Source: Octopus vulgaris
Lineage: Eukaryota
Assembly (NCBI GenBank): GCA_951406725.2
Contig: OX597819.1
Span: 3,410,001 to 3,474,000 of the forward strand
Direction: 5' to 3'
Length of the DNA: 64,000 nt
Shown here piece after piece: positions 1 through 13,389 of this stretch (its first letter is position 1; each line of letters begins with the position of its first letter). Under the pieces are notes generated by a model that was not told the DNA's origin, searched no databases, and worked only from the letters and a program-made list of their open reading frames with translations. A program made the position numbers and the translations under genes.

Positions 1-1567
1 TATGAAATTTGGATTAGAAAAATGCGCCAAAGTAACCATGAAAAGAGGAAGACTAGTTAAGAGTAACAACATCACACTAGATAAAACCAATGAAATAAAA
101 GAATTAGACCAAAGCCAAACTTACAAATACTTAGGAATCCATGAACTAGATAAGACACAACACACACAAATGAAAGAGAAAATAAAAAAAGAATATTATA
201 GACGAGTTAGATCAATACTAAAAACAGAGCTCAATGCTAAAAACAAGATAATAGGTATCAACACTTTAGCTGTCCCAGTTATAAGTTACAGCTACAATAT
301 CCTTAACTGGACACGAAATGAACTGTCCAAAATAGATAAGAAAACAAGAAAAATACTGACAGGATCTAGGATGCATCACCCAAAATCTGACATAGAAAGA
401 CTATATATACAACGTATAGAAGGTGGTAGAGGCCTTATACAGCTGGAAAACTACTATAAAATAACCACCATAGGACTGCAAAAATACCTACTTCAGAAGG
501 AAGGAAAACTGATCCAGATAGCAGTAAAACACGAGCAAAACAAAAAACTGTTCTCAGTATTTAAGGAAGCTGACAAATGCAAACAAGAAATCATACCACC
601 TAATAAACACAAAGAAGAAGAAGAAGATGATGAAGAAACAACAAAAGCTATAAAACAAATGAAATCCAAACTAAAAATAGAACAGCAACAAGCCATGATA
701 AAACGATGGCAAGAAAAGCCCCTTCATGGTAAATACTGCACTAAACTAAACGCAAAAGAAATAGACAAAGAAAAATCCCAGCAATGGTTGAGAAGCTCAG
801 GACTCAAAGCAGAGACAGAGGGATTTTTAATTGCAGCACAAGACCAAAGCCTCCCCACCAGAAATGACCAAAAACATGTAATGAAAAGAAATATTACAAG
901 TAACTGCAGAATATGTGGAGATGGACAAGAAACAATAAATCATATTATCTCTAGCTGCCCAGTCCTGGCTAAGAAGGAATATATTCACAGACATGACAGA
1001 GTTGGAACCTACATACATTGGAAGCTATGCCAACATTATGGAATAACAACAGAAAAAAGATGGTATAGGCACACACCAGAAAAGGTCACAGAAAACGAGA
1101 AAGCAACCATACTCTGGGATATGCCGATACACACAGATAGAGAAATTAAGGCCAACAGACCAGATATAGTTGTCAGAGATCATGAAGAAAAAAATGCTTT
1201 CTAATTGATGTATCAATACCGGCAGATGACAACGTGTCTCTAAAAGAAATGGAGAAACTCTCAAAATACAAAGACCTGGAAATAGAGGTAACTAGAATGT
1301 GGAACCTGAAAACAGAAACAATTCCTATCATAGTAGGCGCATTAGGCATGATAAAAAAATATTCAGACAAATACATAACAAAAACACCAGGACTTACAAA
1401 CACATATAACATACAGAAAATTGCACTACTAGGCACTGCACACATCCTACGCAGAACACTTTCCATACAATAACCATCAGAGCATCACAACAAATCACAG
1501 CACATACCCAAGGCACACAGAGCTGCGCTCGGTAGTGAAGTGAAAGCACGCTATAAAAATAAAACTA

Positions 1568-1571
<4 letters not shown>
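1..1571 (+). mobile_element. R4/Dong-like non-LTR retrotransposon (RLE endonuclease), 3' portion with 3'UTR
   Basis: RT C-terminus (MKFGLEKCA...YKYLGI), CCHC knuckle CRICGDGQETINHIISSC, RHD motif, RLE motifs RPDIVV / LIDVSIP / KLSKYKDL; AATAAA near 1558, then (TAA)n tail. Confidence 0.95.
2..1473 (+). pseudogene. RT-CCHC-RLE polyprotein (partial) with one frameshift at the A7 run 1188-1194
   Basis: Adding one A joins ORFs 2..1204 and 1234..1473 as HEEKKCFLIDVSIPADD. Confidence 0.9.

Positions 1572-1645
<74 letters not shown>
1572..1645 (+). repeat. (TAA)n tail/target of R4-like element
   Basis: Perfect TAA array between two R4-like copies. Confidence 0.97.
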
Positions 1646-1646
<1 letters not shown>

Positions 1647-2538
1647 GCCCTGACCCATCAATGGCTAATGGCCTCTGGCTTAAAATCTGAAACAGAAGGG
1701 TTTATCATAGCAGCCCAAGATTAATGCCTACCTACAAGGAACTACCAGGCCGACATATTAAAGAACGGCAGTAGCCCAAAATGTCGTGTATGTCAACAAC
1801 AAAATGAAACCATTGATCATGTTGTCTCCAAATGCAGTCTTCTAGCGCCTACAGAGTATCTCAGCAGGCATGATAGAGCTGCACAATATATTCACTGGGT
1901 AATTTGCAAAAGCCTGGACTTGCCCCATGATAAAGACTGGTGGGAACACAAACCACCTCCAGTGCTTGAAAATGATCACATCTCACTCCTCTGGAACTTC
2001 ACCATTCAAACTGACAGAAAGATAGATGCAAATAGGCCAGACATCATATTGAAAGACTTCAGACAAAGAACATGCCTCCACATTGATATGGTTGTCCCAA
2101 TCAATATAAACGTATCTGTCAAGACCTACCAAAAACTGAGCAAATATAAAGATCTTGAAATATAAATCAGCAAAATGTGGAACCTGAAGACTAAAACAAT
2201 ACCTGTTGTCATAGGTGCCCTGGGAATGATAGCAAAAGGGGCTGATTGCTACCTAGCTCAGACACCAGGAAACCCCAAAATGGCAGAAATTCAAAAGATA
2301 ATGCTCATGGGAACTGTTCATATCCTACACAAAATACTTTCTATGCAATCTCAAGTTTTAAAACAAACAATTTTCTTATGGTTTCTTAAACATTCTCTAG
2401 AACAACACTTTGTACAAAACCAAATTTATGGCACCCTAGGCATAACACCAACATGAACTTCCAACTTGTTGTCTCTTGAGGCCTCTGGGTGAGACTTGGA
2501 GCCAACTTGTACAAATGTAAAGCAAAAGTCAAACATAA

Positions 2539-2595
<57 letters not shown>

Positions 2596-2596
2596 T
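1646..2596 (+). mobile_element. Second R4/Dong-like subfamily, 5'-truncated and degenerate, with (TAA)n tail
   Basis: SGLKSETEGFIIAAQD, CRVC...HVVSKC, RHD, RPDIILKD, KLSKYKDLE with stops; 3'UTR differs from element 1. Confidence 0.92.
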
Positions 2597-2619
2597 CTTT
2601 CTACTAATTCTTTCTACTA

Positions 2620-2802
2620 AATGTACAAGCCCTCTAATTTGGGGTGAGAAAGAGGCGAGTGTTCAATTGGCACTTATTTTATCGACTCCGAAAGAATGAA
2701 AGACAAAGTAGAACCCGGCTGAATTTGAACTCAGAACTTAAAGATGGACGAAAGGTTGCTAAGCATTTTCCCGACATGCTACCCATTCTGCCAGTTCACC
2801 GT

Positions 2803-2846
<44 letters not shown>

Positions 2847-3236
2847 GAGTAGTAACAAGGATAATAATAGTTTCAAATTTTGGCATGGGGCCAGCAATTT
2901 CGGGTAGGATGATACTCGATTGCATCGACCCAATGCTCAACCATTACATCTAAATGGATAAAAGGAGAAGTCGACTTCGGCGGAATTTGAACTCAGAATG
3001 CGGACGAAATGCCGCTAAGCATTTTCTCCTGTGCGCTAACGATTCTGCTAGCTCACTGGGAGGGGACAAGTCTATTACATCGACCCCTGTGTTTCACTGG
3101 TACTTAATTTATCGATTCCGAAAGGATGAAAGGCAAAATCGACCTCGGCGAAATTTGAACTCAGAACGTAGCGACGGGCGAAATACTGCTAAGCGTTTCG
3201 TTCAGCGTGCTAACGATACTGCCAGCTCACCGCCTT
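2620..3236 (-). mobile_element. Cluster of about 3 degenerate SINE-B copies
   Basis: Repeated gaaaggcaaagtcgacctcggcggaatttgaactcagaa-like core; heads ending ...gctcaccgcc. Confidence 0.8.
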
Positions 3237-3258
3237 AACAATAATCATAATGATGGTA

Positions 3259-3300
<42 letters not shown>

Positions 3301-3840
3301 ATGATGATGATGGCGGTAAAGATGATGCATCTAAGTAACAGTAAAAACTGGAAAAAAAAATTTATAAGAACACTAATAGATAATGAAACAGAAAAACAGA
3401 TTATACGAAACATCGACTTATAAATACTTAAGAATTAATGAACTAGATAACGTACAGTGTACATAAATAAAAGAAGAAACGTAGACGCATTAGAATAACA
3501 CTTAAAACGGATAAATTAAAAGAAAAAACAACAAAAACCCAACAAAAATAGGTACTAAACATTAATACTGTAGCTGTTCCAGTAATGAGTTATAATATTT
3601 CCAAGTAAAAGCTATGTAAATCAGCAAGTTTAGAAAGGCAAATAAGAAAAAACATATTGATTGCATTTAGAATATATCATTCAAAATCCAACACAGACGC
3701 ATTATATTTAGCACGAATACGGGCAAATGGAAGTATTCTGGAAATGGAAAACGATTATAATGTATCAAGCGTAGGACTACAAAATATAAGGTGCATAACA
3801 AAGGGAAACTGATATAAATAGTTGTAAAATATGAATGAAA

Positions 3841-4009
3841 GGCGTAGGAGTGGCTGTGTGGTAAGTAAGTAGCTTGCTTACCAACCACATGGTTCCGGAT
3901 TCAGTCCCACTGCGTGGCACCTTGGGCAAGTGTCTTCTACTGTAGCCTCGGGTCGACCAAAGCCTTGTGAGTGGATTTGGCAGACGGAAACTGAAAGAAG
4001 CCCGCCGTA

Positions 4010-4054
<45 letters not shown>

Positions 4055-4270
4055 ATGTTTGTATGTCTGTGTTTGTCCCCCTAGCATTGCTTGACAACCG
4101 ATGCTGGTGTATTTACGTCCCCGTAACATAGCGGTTCGGCAAAAGACGCCAATAGAATAAGTACTAGGCTTACCAAGAATAAGTCATGGGGTCGATTTGC
4201 TCGACTAAAGGTGGTGCTCCAGCATGGCCGCAGTCAAATGACTGAAACAAGTAAAAGAAAGAAAGAAAGA
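3841..4270 (+). mobile_element. SINE-A (tRNA-derived head, CORE-like motif, internal TA/TG microsatellite)
   Basis: A box TGGCTGTGTGG, B box-like GATTCAGTCC, accttgggcaagtgtctt motif, tail gactgaaacaagtaaaaga. Confidence 0.9.
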
Positions 4271-4593
4271 ATGAAAGAAACAAAGAACTTGCTCCTGACT
4301 TTGAGGAAGCCAGCACATATACAGTAGAAAGTAAAATAACAAGCAGCTAGGAGGAAAGTAAAGAGGAAAGAAACTATTTAGAAATTAGAAAGAAAATGGG
4401 ATTATAAAATCTCATGATATCATAAGACGTTGAGAAAAGCGTTTAGCTGACCGTCAGTAAAATGGAGGTGGATAAAAATATACAACTCAGCACTCGATGA
4501 CAAGCGTAGGACTGGAAGTTGATACGGAAGGGCTTTTTCTTGTGGGGTAGAAGGCCAATGTTTTCCTAGAAGAATTATCAAACTACAGAAAGT

Positions 4594-4910
4594 CACAGGA
4601 GTGACTGTGTGGCAAGTAGCTTGCTTCGCAACCACATGGTTCTGGGCTCAGCCGCACTGCATGGCACCTTGGGTAAGTATCTTCTACTATAGCCTCGGGC
4701 CAACCAAAACCTTATGAGTGGATTTGTTAGATGGCAACTGAAAGAAACCCATCGTATACATACATACATACATACATACATAAGTACATTGTGTGTGTGT
4801 TTGTTCCTCCCACTGCTTGACAACCGGTGTTGGTGTGTTTACGTCCCTGTAACTTAGCGGTTCGGCAAAAAGGACCGATAGAATGACTGAAACAAGTAAA
4901 AGGGTAAAAG
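4594..4910 (+). mobile_element. SINE-A copy with internal deletion
   Basis: Colinear with 3841-4270. Confidence 0.85.
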
Positions 4911-5272
4911 ATATAGTAACTACAGAATATATTGATGTTGCGAGGAATTAATCCGTCACACCGTTTCCAGGTGTTCTAACTGTTATGAATAATAAGCATA
5001 ATATAATGGTATAAGCATAATATATATATTGATTAGAGATTACTCTTATAAAAAAAATATTCTCATATAAAGAGATGATATAGATATATACCACAAAAGC
5101 TTTTGTATTTGGTTTACGAGATCCTCCCAAGATAACAAAATATAGCGAAAAACATCACAAATATACTCTGGAATTGTATCAGTGCCAACAGAAAGGTACA
5201 TTAAATAAATTTGTTCATACGTTATTGTGAAAGCTCATCAGTATAAGAAACGGCTCCCAACCGACGTATCAA

Positions 5273-5336
<64 letters not shown>

Positions 5337-5337
<1 letters not shown>

Positions 5338-6800
5338 TAGCATTATGACCTGTCGTTGCCAGGTCATAGTGCTAGTGCATGTATATATGTGTATATATAT
5401 GTGTACATATTACATGTACATCTATATATATACATCTACACATAAAATACAAAATACAACGTTATATCTTGATATCGCTAGTGATAACAATACTCAAAAT
5501 ATATAACAGACTGGAATTGTAGGCCCGTCTCTTGCAATTTCGATCAATTGTATCTTGTCCTCCCTCTTGTATAGAAGTGTGGCTACAATCCAGCCTACTT
5601 CTACTTCTGGTGGGACATTTTAAATTTTTATCCGGGACGTCCTACGTCCCAGATATAAAGGTAAAAAAAAATATTTCCACTTTGCAAGGTTCGAGTCGAG
5701 TACTCCCTTGCACGCTCCATTGACTCCAACCTTGCTTCTATTGTGGTGAATTTACCGCCTCTGGTTAGATATTCTAACAAAAATGCTTCCGTGTAAGCGG
5801 TGAAAATATTGTCAATTTCCCCAAACAGGGACACTATTCAATTTTTAAACAATAACCAAAGCTCCTTCTCCCAAAATGGGAGGGTTACAGTTTACAATTA
5901 TTTAACAAATGCAACACAACAATGTTTCCCTTACGAGGAACCAACAAACGTGATAACAATAGTTAAACAGTAATAATAATAACAACAAACCTTACGGTGA
6001 ATCAAAAAGCAGTACACAGTTGAAGCTATAGTCCTTTATGTATAAGAAATAAACCAACATCAGTACTCAGTAGAGGCGGCTGTTCGAGAAAACAGACATT
6101 ACATACAGCCAAACTTCATATAGATACTTAATGCTAGCTAATTAGCAGATAATCTAATGTAAAAGGCGTGGTAAACGGTATGTGCACAGCTCCATCTGGA
6201 CTATTCCATTTCTGCACTTAAATATTTTTATTTATTCCCATTCATGTGAAACCACTTATTGAAGTTCAAGTCATTGATGCAATTTTATACTAATTGCTAT
6301 TTTTACTTTTGTTATGTTACGATTATATTATACCTAAGTTTGATTTTAATTTTTACTTACTACATATAATTCAAATGTTATTATTATCTCTAATTTTTAT
6401 TGTTAAAGTGAAAGTATCTGACATAAAATAGAGAAATGTTTTTGTTTCACTTTTAACACGTAATACTGAAATATGATATTGCTATGGGCTCGGCCTAGGC
6501 AAGAAGTTGGACATTTTCTTTTGCCCATGAAACTACATGGACCCTAAGTAAGGCATCTGTAAAATTTGAATGAAATTGGTTGTGTAGTTCTCAAGTTTTA
6601 GGGAATCGTAGTGGAGAAGATATGATATTGCTGTGGGCTCGCCCTAGGCAAAAAGTAAAAAAAAAATTTTGCCGATGACACATCCCGGACCCTAAGTAAG
6701 GCATGTATAAAATTTGAATGAAATTAGTTGTGTAGTTCTCAAGTTTTAGGGAAACACACAGACAGACACGCACACACTCTCAGTTTTATATATATATATA
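5337..6800 (-). mobile_element. Non-autonomous Helitron-like element
   Basis: On the minus strand the 5' end reads tatatataaaactgagagtgtgtgcgtgtctgtc (like the 20550 element); the 3' end is a hairpin tatgacctg/caggtcata then CTAG|T; lies within (TA)n. Confidence 0.7.
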
Positions 6801-7030
6801 TATATGTATATATGTGTGTGTGTCTATATTTGTGTGTCTGTGTTTGTTCCCCAACATCGCTTGACAACCGATGCTGGTGCGCTTACGTCCCCGTAACTTA
6901 GCAGTTCGGCAAAAAAGACCGATAGAATAAGTACTAGGCTTACAAAGAATGAGTCCTGGGGTTGATTTGCTCGACTAAAGGTGGTGCTCCAGCATGGCCA
7001 CAGTCAAATGACTGAAACAAGTAAACGAGA
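6801..7030 (+). mobile_element. SINE-A 3' half
   Basis: cttgacaaccgatgctggtg...gactgaaacaagtaaa. Confidence 0.85.
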
Positions 7031-7053
7031 TACATATCAAAAATTCTGAGACG

Positions 7054-7452
7054 TATACATACATACCATACATACATACATACATACATACATACATACA
7101 TACATACATACATACATACCTACATACATACATACATACATACATACATACATACATACATACCTACATACATACATACCTACATACATACATACATACA
7201 TACATACCTACATACATACATACATACATACATACATACATACATACATACCTACCTACATACATACATACATACATACATGCATACATACCTACATACA
7301 TACATACATACATACATACCTACCTACATACATACATACATACATACATACATACCTACATACATACATACATACATACATACATACATACATACATACA
7401 TACATACCTACATACATACATACATACATACATGCATACATACATACATACA
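7054..7452. repeat. (TACA)n microsatellite
   Basis: About 400 bp tetranucleotide array with CCTA variants. Confidence 0.97.
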
Positions 7453-8047
7453 TACATACATACATGCATACATGATGGCTGCAAACTCGTGTTCGAGTAT
7501 TACCATCGCTTCATCGAAAGTCCCACACATGCGAAGGCTACGACCAATCACTTTTGTGGTAGGTCTTACTCTTTTTTTCAAGTGATGCCTGTGCATGATG
7601 ATGTTTTTATAGTGGGGAAAGGAATTGCACAAATCCAATCCCAGCATAAACTCATAAAGAACTGGTCTACATCATCGAATATTGTCAGAATCGCAGGTTT
7701 TCTCTCAGAGTTTCCCTCACCTAGAAAAATATTGTGACAACAACAGAGGGGACTCCCACTCCCTGTGAGCCAACCGCGTGTCTGGACACCAACTCAGGTA
7801 TTTCCACGTCCCCGCGCATACATACATGTATACCTATACATGTACACATTTTGCTGGATGGCCGTTGACGGCCCATGAGCTCTTCCGCCCTTAGATAGGT
7901 CTTATTTTTCGTCCTGCAGGGTATCCAACAATGACCCTCCTCACCAAGCAATATGATGGATTTGCCAGTTTAGTCGCCGACGACCCAACCATAAAACAGG
8001 TTGCACTGGGTTATATGTTACTAGTAGCGCCCAAGAGCGACCTGACA
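7453..8047 (-). mobile_element. Non-autonomous RTE-derived element (5'UTR + 3' end, no ORF) within (TACA)n
   Basis: Minus strand has an RTE 5'UTR-like motif tctaggtgagggaaactctga; 3' end tggtaatactcgaacacgag resembles the RTE tail tggtcatcttcgaaccgaag near 12672. Confidence 0.55.
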
Positions 8048-8083
8048 AATACATACATACATACATACATACATACATACATA

Positions 8084-8465
8084 GGCGCAGGCGTGCCTGT
8101 GTGGTAAGAAGCTTGGTTCACAAGCACAGGATTCCGGGTTCAGTCCCACTGTGTGGCACCTTTGCAAGAGTCTTCTACTATAGCCTCGGGCCGATCAAAG
8201 TCTTATGAGTGGATTTGTGTCTGTTTGTCCCCCATCATCCCTTGACAACCGGTGTTGGTGTGTCTACGTTCCCATAACTTAACAGTTCGGCAAAAAGACC
8301 GATTGTGTAAGTACTAGGCTTAAAATTAATTTTAAGCATAGTACTTACAAGCCTAGTATTTTAAAGCCTAGTACTGGGGGTAAATCTGTTCGACTAAAAC
8401 TCTTCAAAGCAGTGATCTAGCATGGCCGCAGTAAAATAACTGAAACAAGTAAAAGAATAAAATAA
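8084..8465 (+). mobile_element. SINE-A copy
   Basis: ggcgcaggcgtgcctgtgtggtaag head and family tail. Confidence 0.85.
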
Positions 8466-10587
8466 TATATACGTACATACAAACTTACATACATATGTGC
8501 GTGCGTGCGTGTGTGTGTGTGTGTATGGTGTGTGTGTGTGTGTGTGTGTGTGTGTGCATGTATACACAACGGAATGGCATACACATAGCTCTGTTTTGGA
8601 GTTGGATCCCACTGCGCCGCATCTTATCGAAGTTTTCTGTCTCGTTTTAGTCCCAGGCTAGTAATTGGAAAGGGAAGGCTTAGTCGAAACCACTGATACC
8701 GAAAGAATGAAAGACAAAACTGACCTCCACAGTATTTGAACACAGAACGTAAAGAGCAGGAAGAAATACCGTGAGGCATTTTGTCTGATTCTTAATTCTT
8801 CCACTCGACCGCCTTTAAATAATTGTTGATAATAAAGGCACCAGGCCCAAAATCCGAGAGAAGCTTAATCAATTAAACTGAGCCCCGCACGGGAACGATA
8901 TAGCAATCCTGGATGTTCGAAAGTCGAAGTTGACCTCCGAGGTCGATAAAATAAAGTACCAGGCATGTACTGGAGTCGATTTTATCGATTAACTCGCATT
9001 CCCAAATTTTAGGTGCTGTGTCTGTATTAGAAAAAATAAGGGCCGTGGATTGGCAGAGTTTGGACTGAAAACGAAAAGTGTCAGAAGAAATAGCATAAAG
9101 CGATATTTGCTCAGCTTTCTAGGATCTTGTCCGACGCTCTTGTGATTCTGCCCAACTACTGTCCGTTTACAATTGTTTCTAACAGCGGTCCAAGATCTCA
9201 ACTTCTTGGAAGATCATCTTTCTCTTAGTCTTTCCCTCACTATCTGCATCGTGTTATACCACACCTTCACCTCAACATTTTTTTGCCAAAGCAACAATAG
9301 AACTTTATTTTTCTCCCTACCAGACGAAAGGCAAAACCCAAAACATTAAAATATTCACTCCTCACTGGTGTTGAGCTTATCGTATTCTTCTGTGATGTTT
9401 TGTATGGACTAAATGTTGCTATTACAAGTTTCTTCGGAGGCTGGATTTATGCTGCTGCAATTCCTTTGTTTCATTGAAACCTAATCTCTCCTCAGTCAAA
9501 AGAATCTAGTATACCACTTCTTGACACTAGCGTATATCACAAACTATACTATTCGTGACTACATAACCATGACCCTGCTAAGGTGGTTCCTTTAAAACTT
9601 CCATTGCAACAAAATCTTCCATTCGTACATTTTCTATAACCACATATTGACGTCAATCTGGAAAAAAGTGCAACAAAACATTACAAGCTATCAGATCTAA
9701 ACCAAATATGTATGGTTCGCAGATTTTAATGGATAAGTAATGAAGAGCATAATACACTCTTGAGGTTTAGAACATCTCCATCAAACACCAAGTGAAAAGA
9801 AGAAGCTCGATTTAACAGAGATCAATAAAAAACAATATAAAAATAAACTTTCATACGGTTCATTACTAATCACCGTATCATTAACGAGTCATGCCTTAAT
9901 TTAAATTTAGAATCAATAATCATAATAAAAATCCATGCTTCACGATACTAATGAGGCTGACAGCGATATCGATACATTCGTTGGAAGTTGATCCTCTGAT
10001 CTTATGTTTGTTTCAGACGTTCGTAAAAATCAATGGCGAGATATTTCTAAAAATTGAGTTCTTGTCCACATTACTTTAATTATAGGTTTGGGGTAGTGAA
10101 AATAGGACCTAGTATTAGCAAAGAAATCTCTCAGAAAAATACCCCGGTAATTAAAGAAAAAGATCACGAGATTTCTTCACATTAAATATTTTACTAGAAA
10201 CAACTGACAATTATGGTTATTGCCATTAAACTAACCATTGCCGCAACAAAATAAACGAGAAAACGTTTTAGATGTTAAAAAAGTACAACACGAAACAATA
10301 TGAACAGTATTTAATGAAATCTTAAAGTTTAGAAAATATTTGATTATACAGATGATAAAATAAACAAAAATCAAGTGTTTTTAAAAACAAAATCGGCAGG
10401 AATTAAAAAGAAAATATATAGTTCTCTTCTGAAAAGATGAATGTATATTTTCCAGTCGGTGATTTGTAGATATTGCTTTCTTAATGTTTTTTCTTCCTAT
10501 CCATTATATATTACGAGTCATTCGATTAACTCAGCATGGGTTTAGAGAAAGGCTGTTACAAGACAATACAATAGGTAATACATATAA

Positions 10588-10778
<191 letters not shown>

Positions 10779-11267
10779 CGAATTTCTATAAAAATCAATC
10801 GTGAATTCATTTTTCAACCTATAGAGAAAAATCTCAAGAAACTAACGGTCTGTTTTATGGACGCTAGAAATTGAATAGGGTTAATAAGATGGTTGCAGGA
10901 AATTCGTTTCCGTTTGTCTTTAAAATTGAAAAGTGTTGAATAAGACACAAATAGTGGGAAAGGCTTCAGTTAAACAGAAAAAATAATTGCTGTCTGTAAT
11001 GTTTCGCATTTTCGTAGAGGCATCGAGTTTTTGCCCTTTTGCTTTTTGTACTTTACTATACATATTGCATAAAATAGATTTGTAAATCAGATATATTTTC
11101 GTCTCTTGTATTTTCAGCAGTTTACAGTTAATGCGAACCCGGGGGAATATTTCGTTAGGTTTTTCTCTTAAAATGTGTAAAATATAATTATTTTCGTTAT
11201 ATTTGCATAGTATTTTACTACGATTATTTTCAAAATTTACATACATCCACGCACCCCCACCACACAA

Positions 11268-11300
<33 letters not shown>

Positions 11301-11333
11301 TGTATGTATGTATGTATGTATGTATGTATGTAT

Positions 11334-12716
11334 CTGCATGACCTTTGTTGACCTCACCAAGGCCTTTGATACAGTCAGTCGGGAGGGACTATGGAAGGTC
11401 ATGGGAAAATTTGGTTGCCCCAGCAAATTTATTGCAATTGTCCGCCAGTTCCACGACGGAATGACAGCCAGAGTCCTTGAAGACGGCAACTCATCTGAAG
11501 CCTTCCAGGTGACCAACGGAGTCAGGCAGGGCTGTGTCCTGGCCCCAACACTGTTCAGCATCATGTTCTCGGCAATGCTGTCCGACGCCTTTAGGGACTG
11601 CAAGTCTGGTATCGACATCAAGTACAGGACAGACGGGAAACTTTTCAACTCCAGAAGATTGCAGGCTGTCACAAAGGTGAGGGAGACAGTCGTCAGAGAC
11701 TTTCTCTTTGCTGACGACTGCGCCCTTAATGCAATCGATGAGCAGGAGATGCAGCTCGAGATGGACAGGTTCTCATCAGCCTGTGACAACTTCGGTCTCA
11801 CCATCAGTGCCAAGAAAACCGAAGTGATGTTTCAGCCAGCCCCCGGCAAACAATACCATGAGCCTCAGATAAGGGTGAGCAGACGGATCCTACGAGTGGT
11901 GGAAAACTTCACCTACCTGGGCAGCACTCTCTCCTGCAATGCCAACATAGATGCTGAAACCATCAACAGAATCTCCAAGGCAAGCAGCGCGTTTGGGAGA
12001 CTGCGAAAGAAAGTCTGGGAGCGGAGAGGAATCAGCCTCAACACCAAGCTGAAAGTCTACCGGGCAGTCGTGCTTACCACCCTACTATACGGCTGCGAGA
12101 CGTGGACTGCTTACCGAAGGCACGAGCGCCAGATAAACCACTTCCATCTCAGGTGTCTTCGGAACCTCCTTCACATCCGCTGGCAGGACAAAGTCCCAGA
12201 CACGGAAGTTCTGAAGCAGGCAGATCTCCCTAGCACCATCACAATCATGCGCAAGGCCCAGCTGAGATGGGCGGGCACGTCTCCCGCATGTCCGACACTC
12301 GCATCCCAAAACAGCTCTTCTACGGTGAACTCGGCCAGGGCAGGCGCAAAGTCGGAGGGCAGAAGAAGCGCTACAAGGATAGTCTCAAGGTCTCTCTCAA
12401 AGACTTCTCCATCGGAACAGAGACCTGGGAGACACTTGCTGCCAACCGCTCATCCTGGCGCAGCGCAATCACCGTGGGAGCAGGGACTGCCGAGGAGGGA
12501 CGGATTCGGTCAGCGGAGCAGAAACGTCAGATGCGCAAAGCCAGAGCCGCCTGCACCAGTAGCACGGCCCCTACCCACTTCTGCCCCACCTGTGGGAGGG
12601 GCTTCCTTGCCCGGATTGGCCTCACCAGCCACCTCAGGTCTCATGGCGGCAGTTCCATCAGATGATGTCAGTTGGTCATCTTCGAACCGAAGGACGAACA
12701 TTATATTATATTATTA
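11334..12716 (+). mobile_element. RTE-clade (BovB-like) LINE, 5'-truncated, with short 3'UTR
   Basis: FVDLTKAFDTV, GVRQGCVLAPTLF, LFADD, FTYLGS, LLYGCETW, WAGHV, C2H2 finger CPTCGRGFLARIGLTSHLRSH; (TTATA)n tail; flanked by (TATG)n. Confidence 0.96.
11338..12665 (+). pseudogene. RTE reverse transcriptase plus C-terminal zinc finger, single frameshift near 12277
   Basis: ORFs 11203..12747 and 12267..12665 join at tgggcggg(c)cacgtc = WAGHV. Confidence 0.92.
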
Positions 12717-13236
12717 TATGTATGTATGTATGGATGGATGGATGTAATCATTTGCTGACTTCCGTTAAGTCCATCTGGGAGACGTCAAACTAAATACATT
12801 TAGCGTGACGCTATTGTGCCTCATGTCACTCTCCTCAATAGGTAATATTTATATCCATTTAAACGTGGATGTTCTGTTCGAAGAAAATTTACTGCGGTAG
12901 ATATGAAAGAAACTTTCTTGCAGTATAGTCTGTTCTAACAGAACATACACACTTAAGTGGATATAAATATTACCACTCGGTATTAATATTGCCTCTGTCG
13001 CTAATGCAAGCTCTCCCCAATATTCGTGTTTCTATATCACATACATGTACATCGAATTACCCTGCAATTCAATTTTTACTGTATTACGAAAGGATCGAAA
13101 TAAGACTATGATATAAGATACGAGCAGTAACTAAGAATAACTAGTCATGAATATTCCAGTTCTATATTTAAAAGATCAGGAATTATGTACATTGTTTACA
13201 TTCAACGGATATTTCTCCTCATCTTGTTTGTTGTTA

Positions 13237-13280
13237 ACACAACATTTCAGCTGATATACCCTCCAGCCTTCATCAGGTGT
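13237..13280 (-). ncRNA. Minimal type I hammerhead ribozyme-like motif
   Basis: ACAC-CTGATGA-A-GGCTG..CAGCT-GAAA-TGTT-GTGT; the inverted partial copy at 14106 keeps CCGAAACGTTGTGT. Confidence 0.65.
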
Positions 13281-13389
13281 CTTGGGGAAAGTTCGAACCT
13301 GGGTTCTCATTCCTAAGGTATTTTTCGATGTTATTATTATTATTATTATTATTATTGGTGTTGTTGTTGTTGTTGTTATTATTATTATT

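Larger units (their letters stand above)
3310..5275 (+). mobile_element. Old degenerate R4-like copy split by two SINE-A insertions
   Basis: 3415-3840 parallels 120-540 (acttataaatacttaagaattaatgaactagataa); resumes near 4270; 5140-5275 parallels the ILW...PDIVV...DVSI region. Confidence 0.65.

Noticed and set aside
3777-4129. Recurrent peptide-like ORFs (RASFSFRLPNPL..., YRPRKDERQSRPRRNLNSE...)
   Set aside because: Translations of SINE-A and SINE-B copies
10920-11813. 297-aa minus-strand ORF
   Set aside because: Antisense shadow of the RTE RT plus microsatellite
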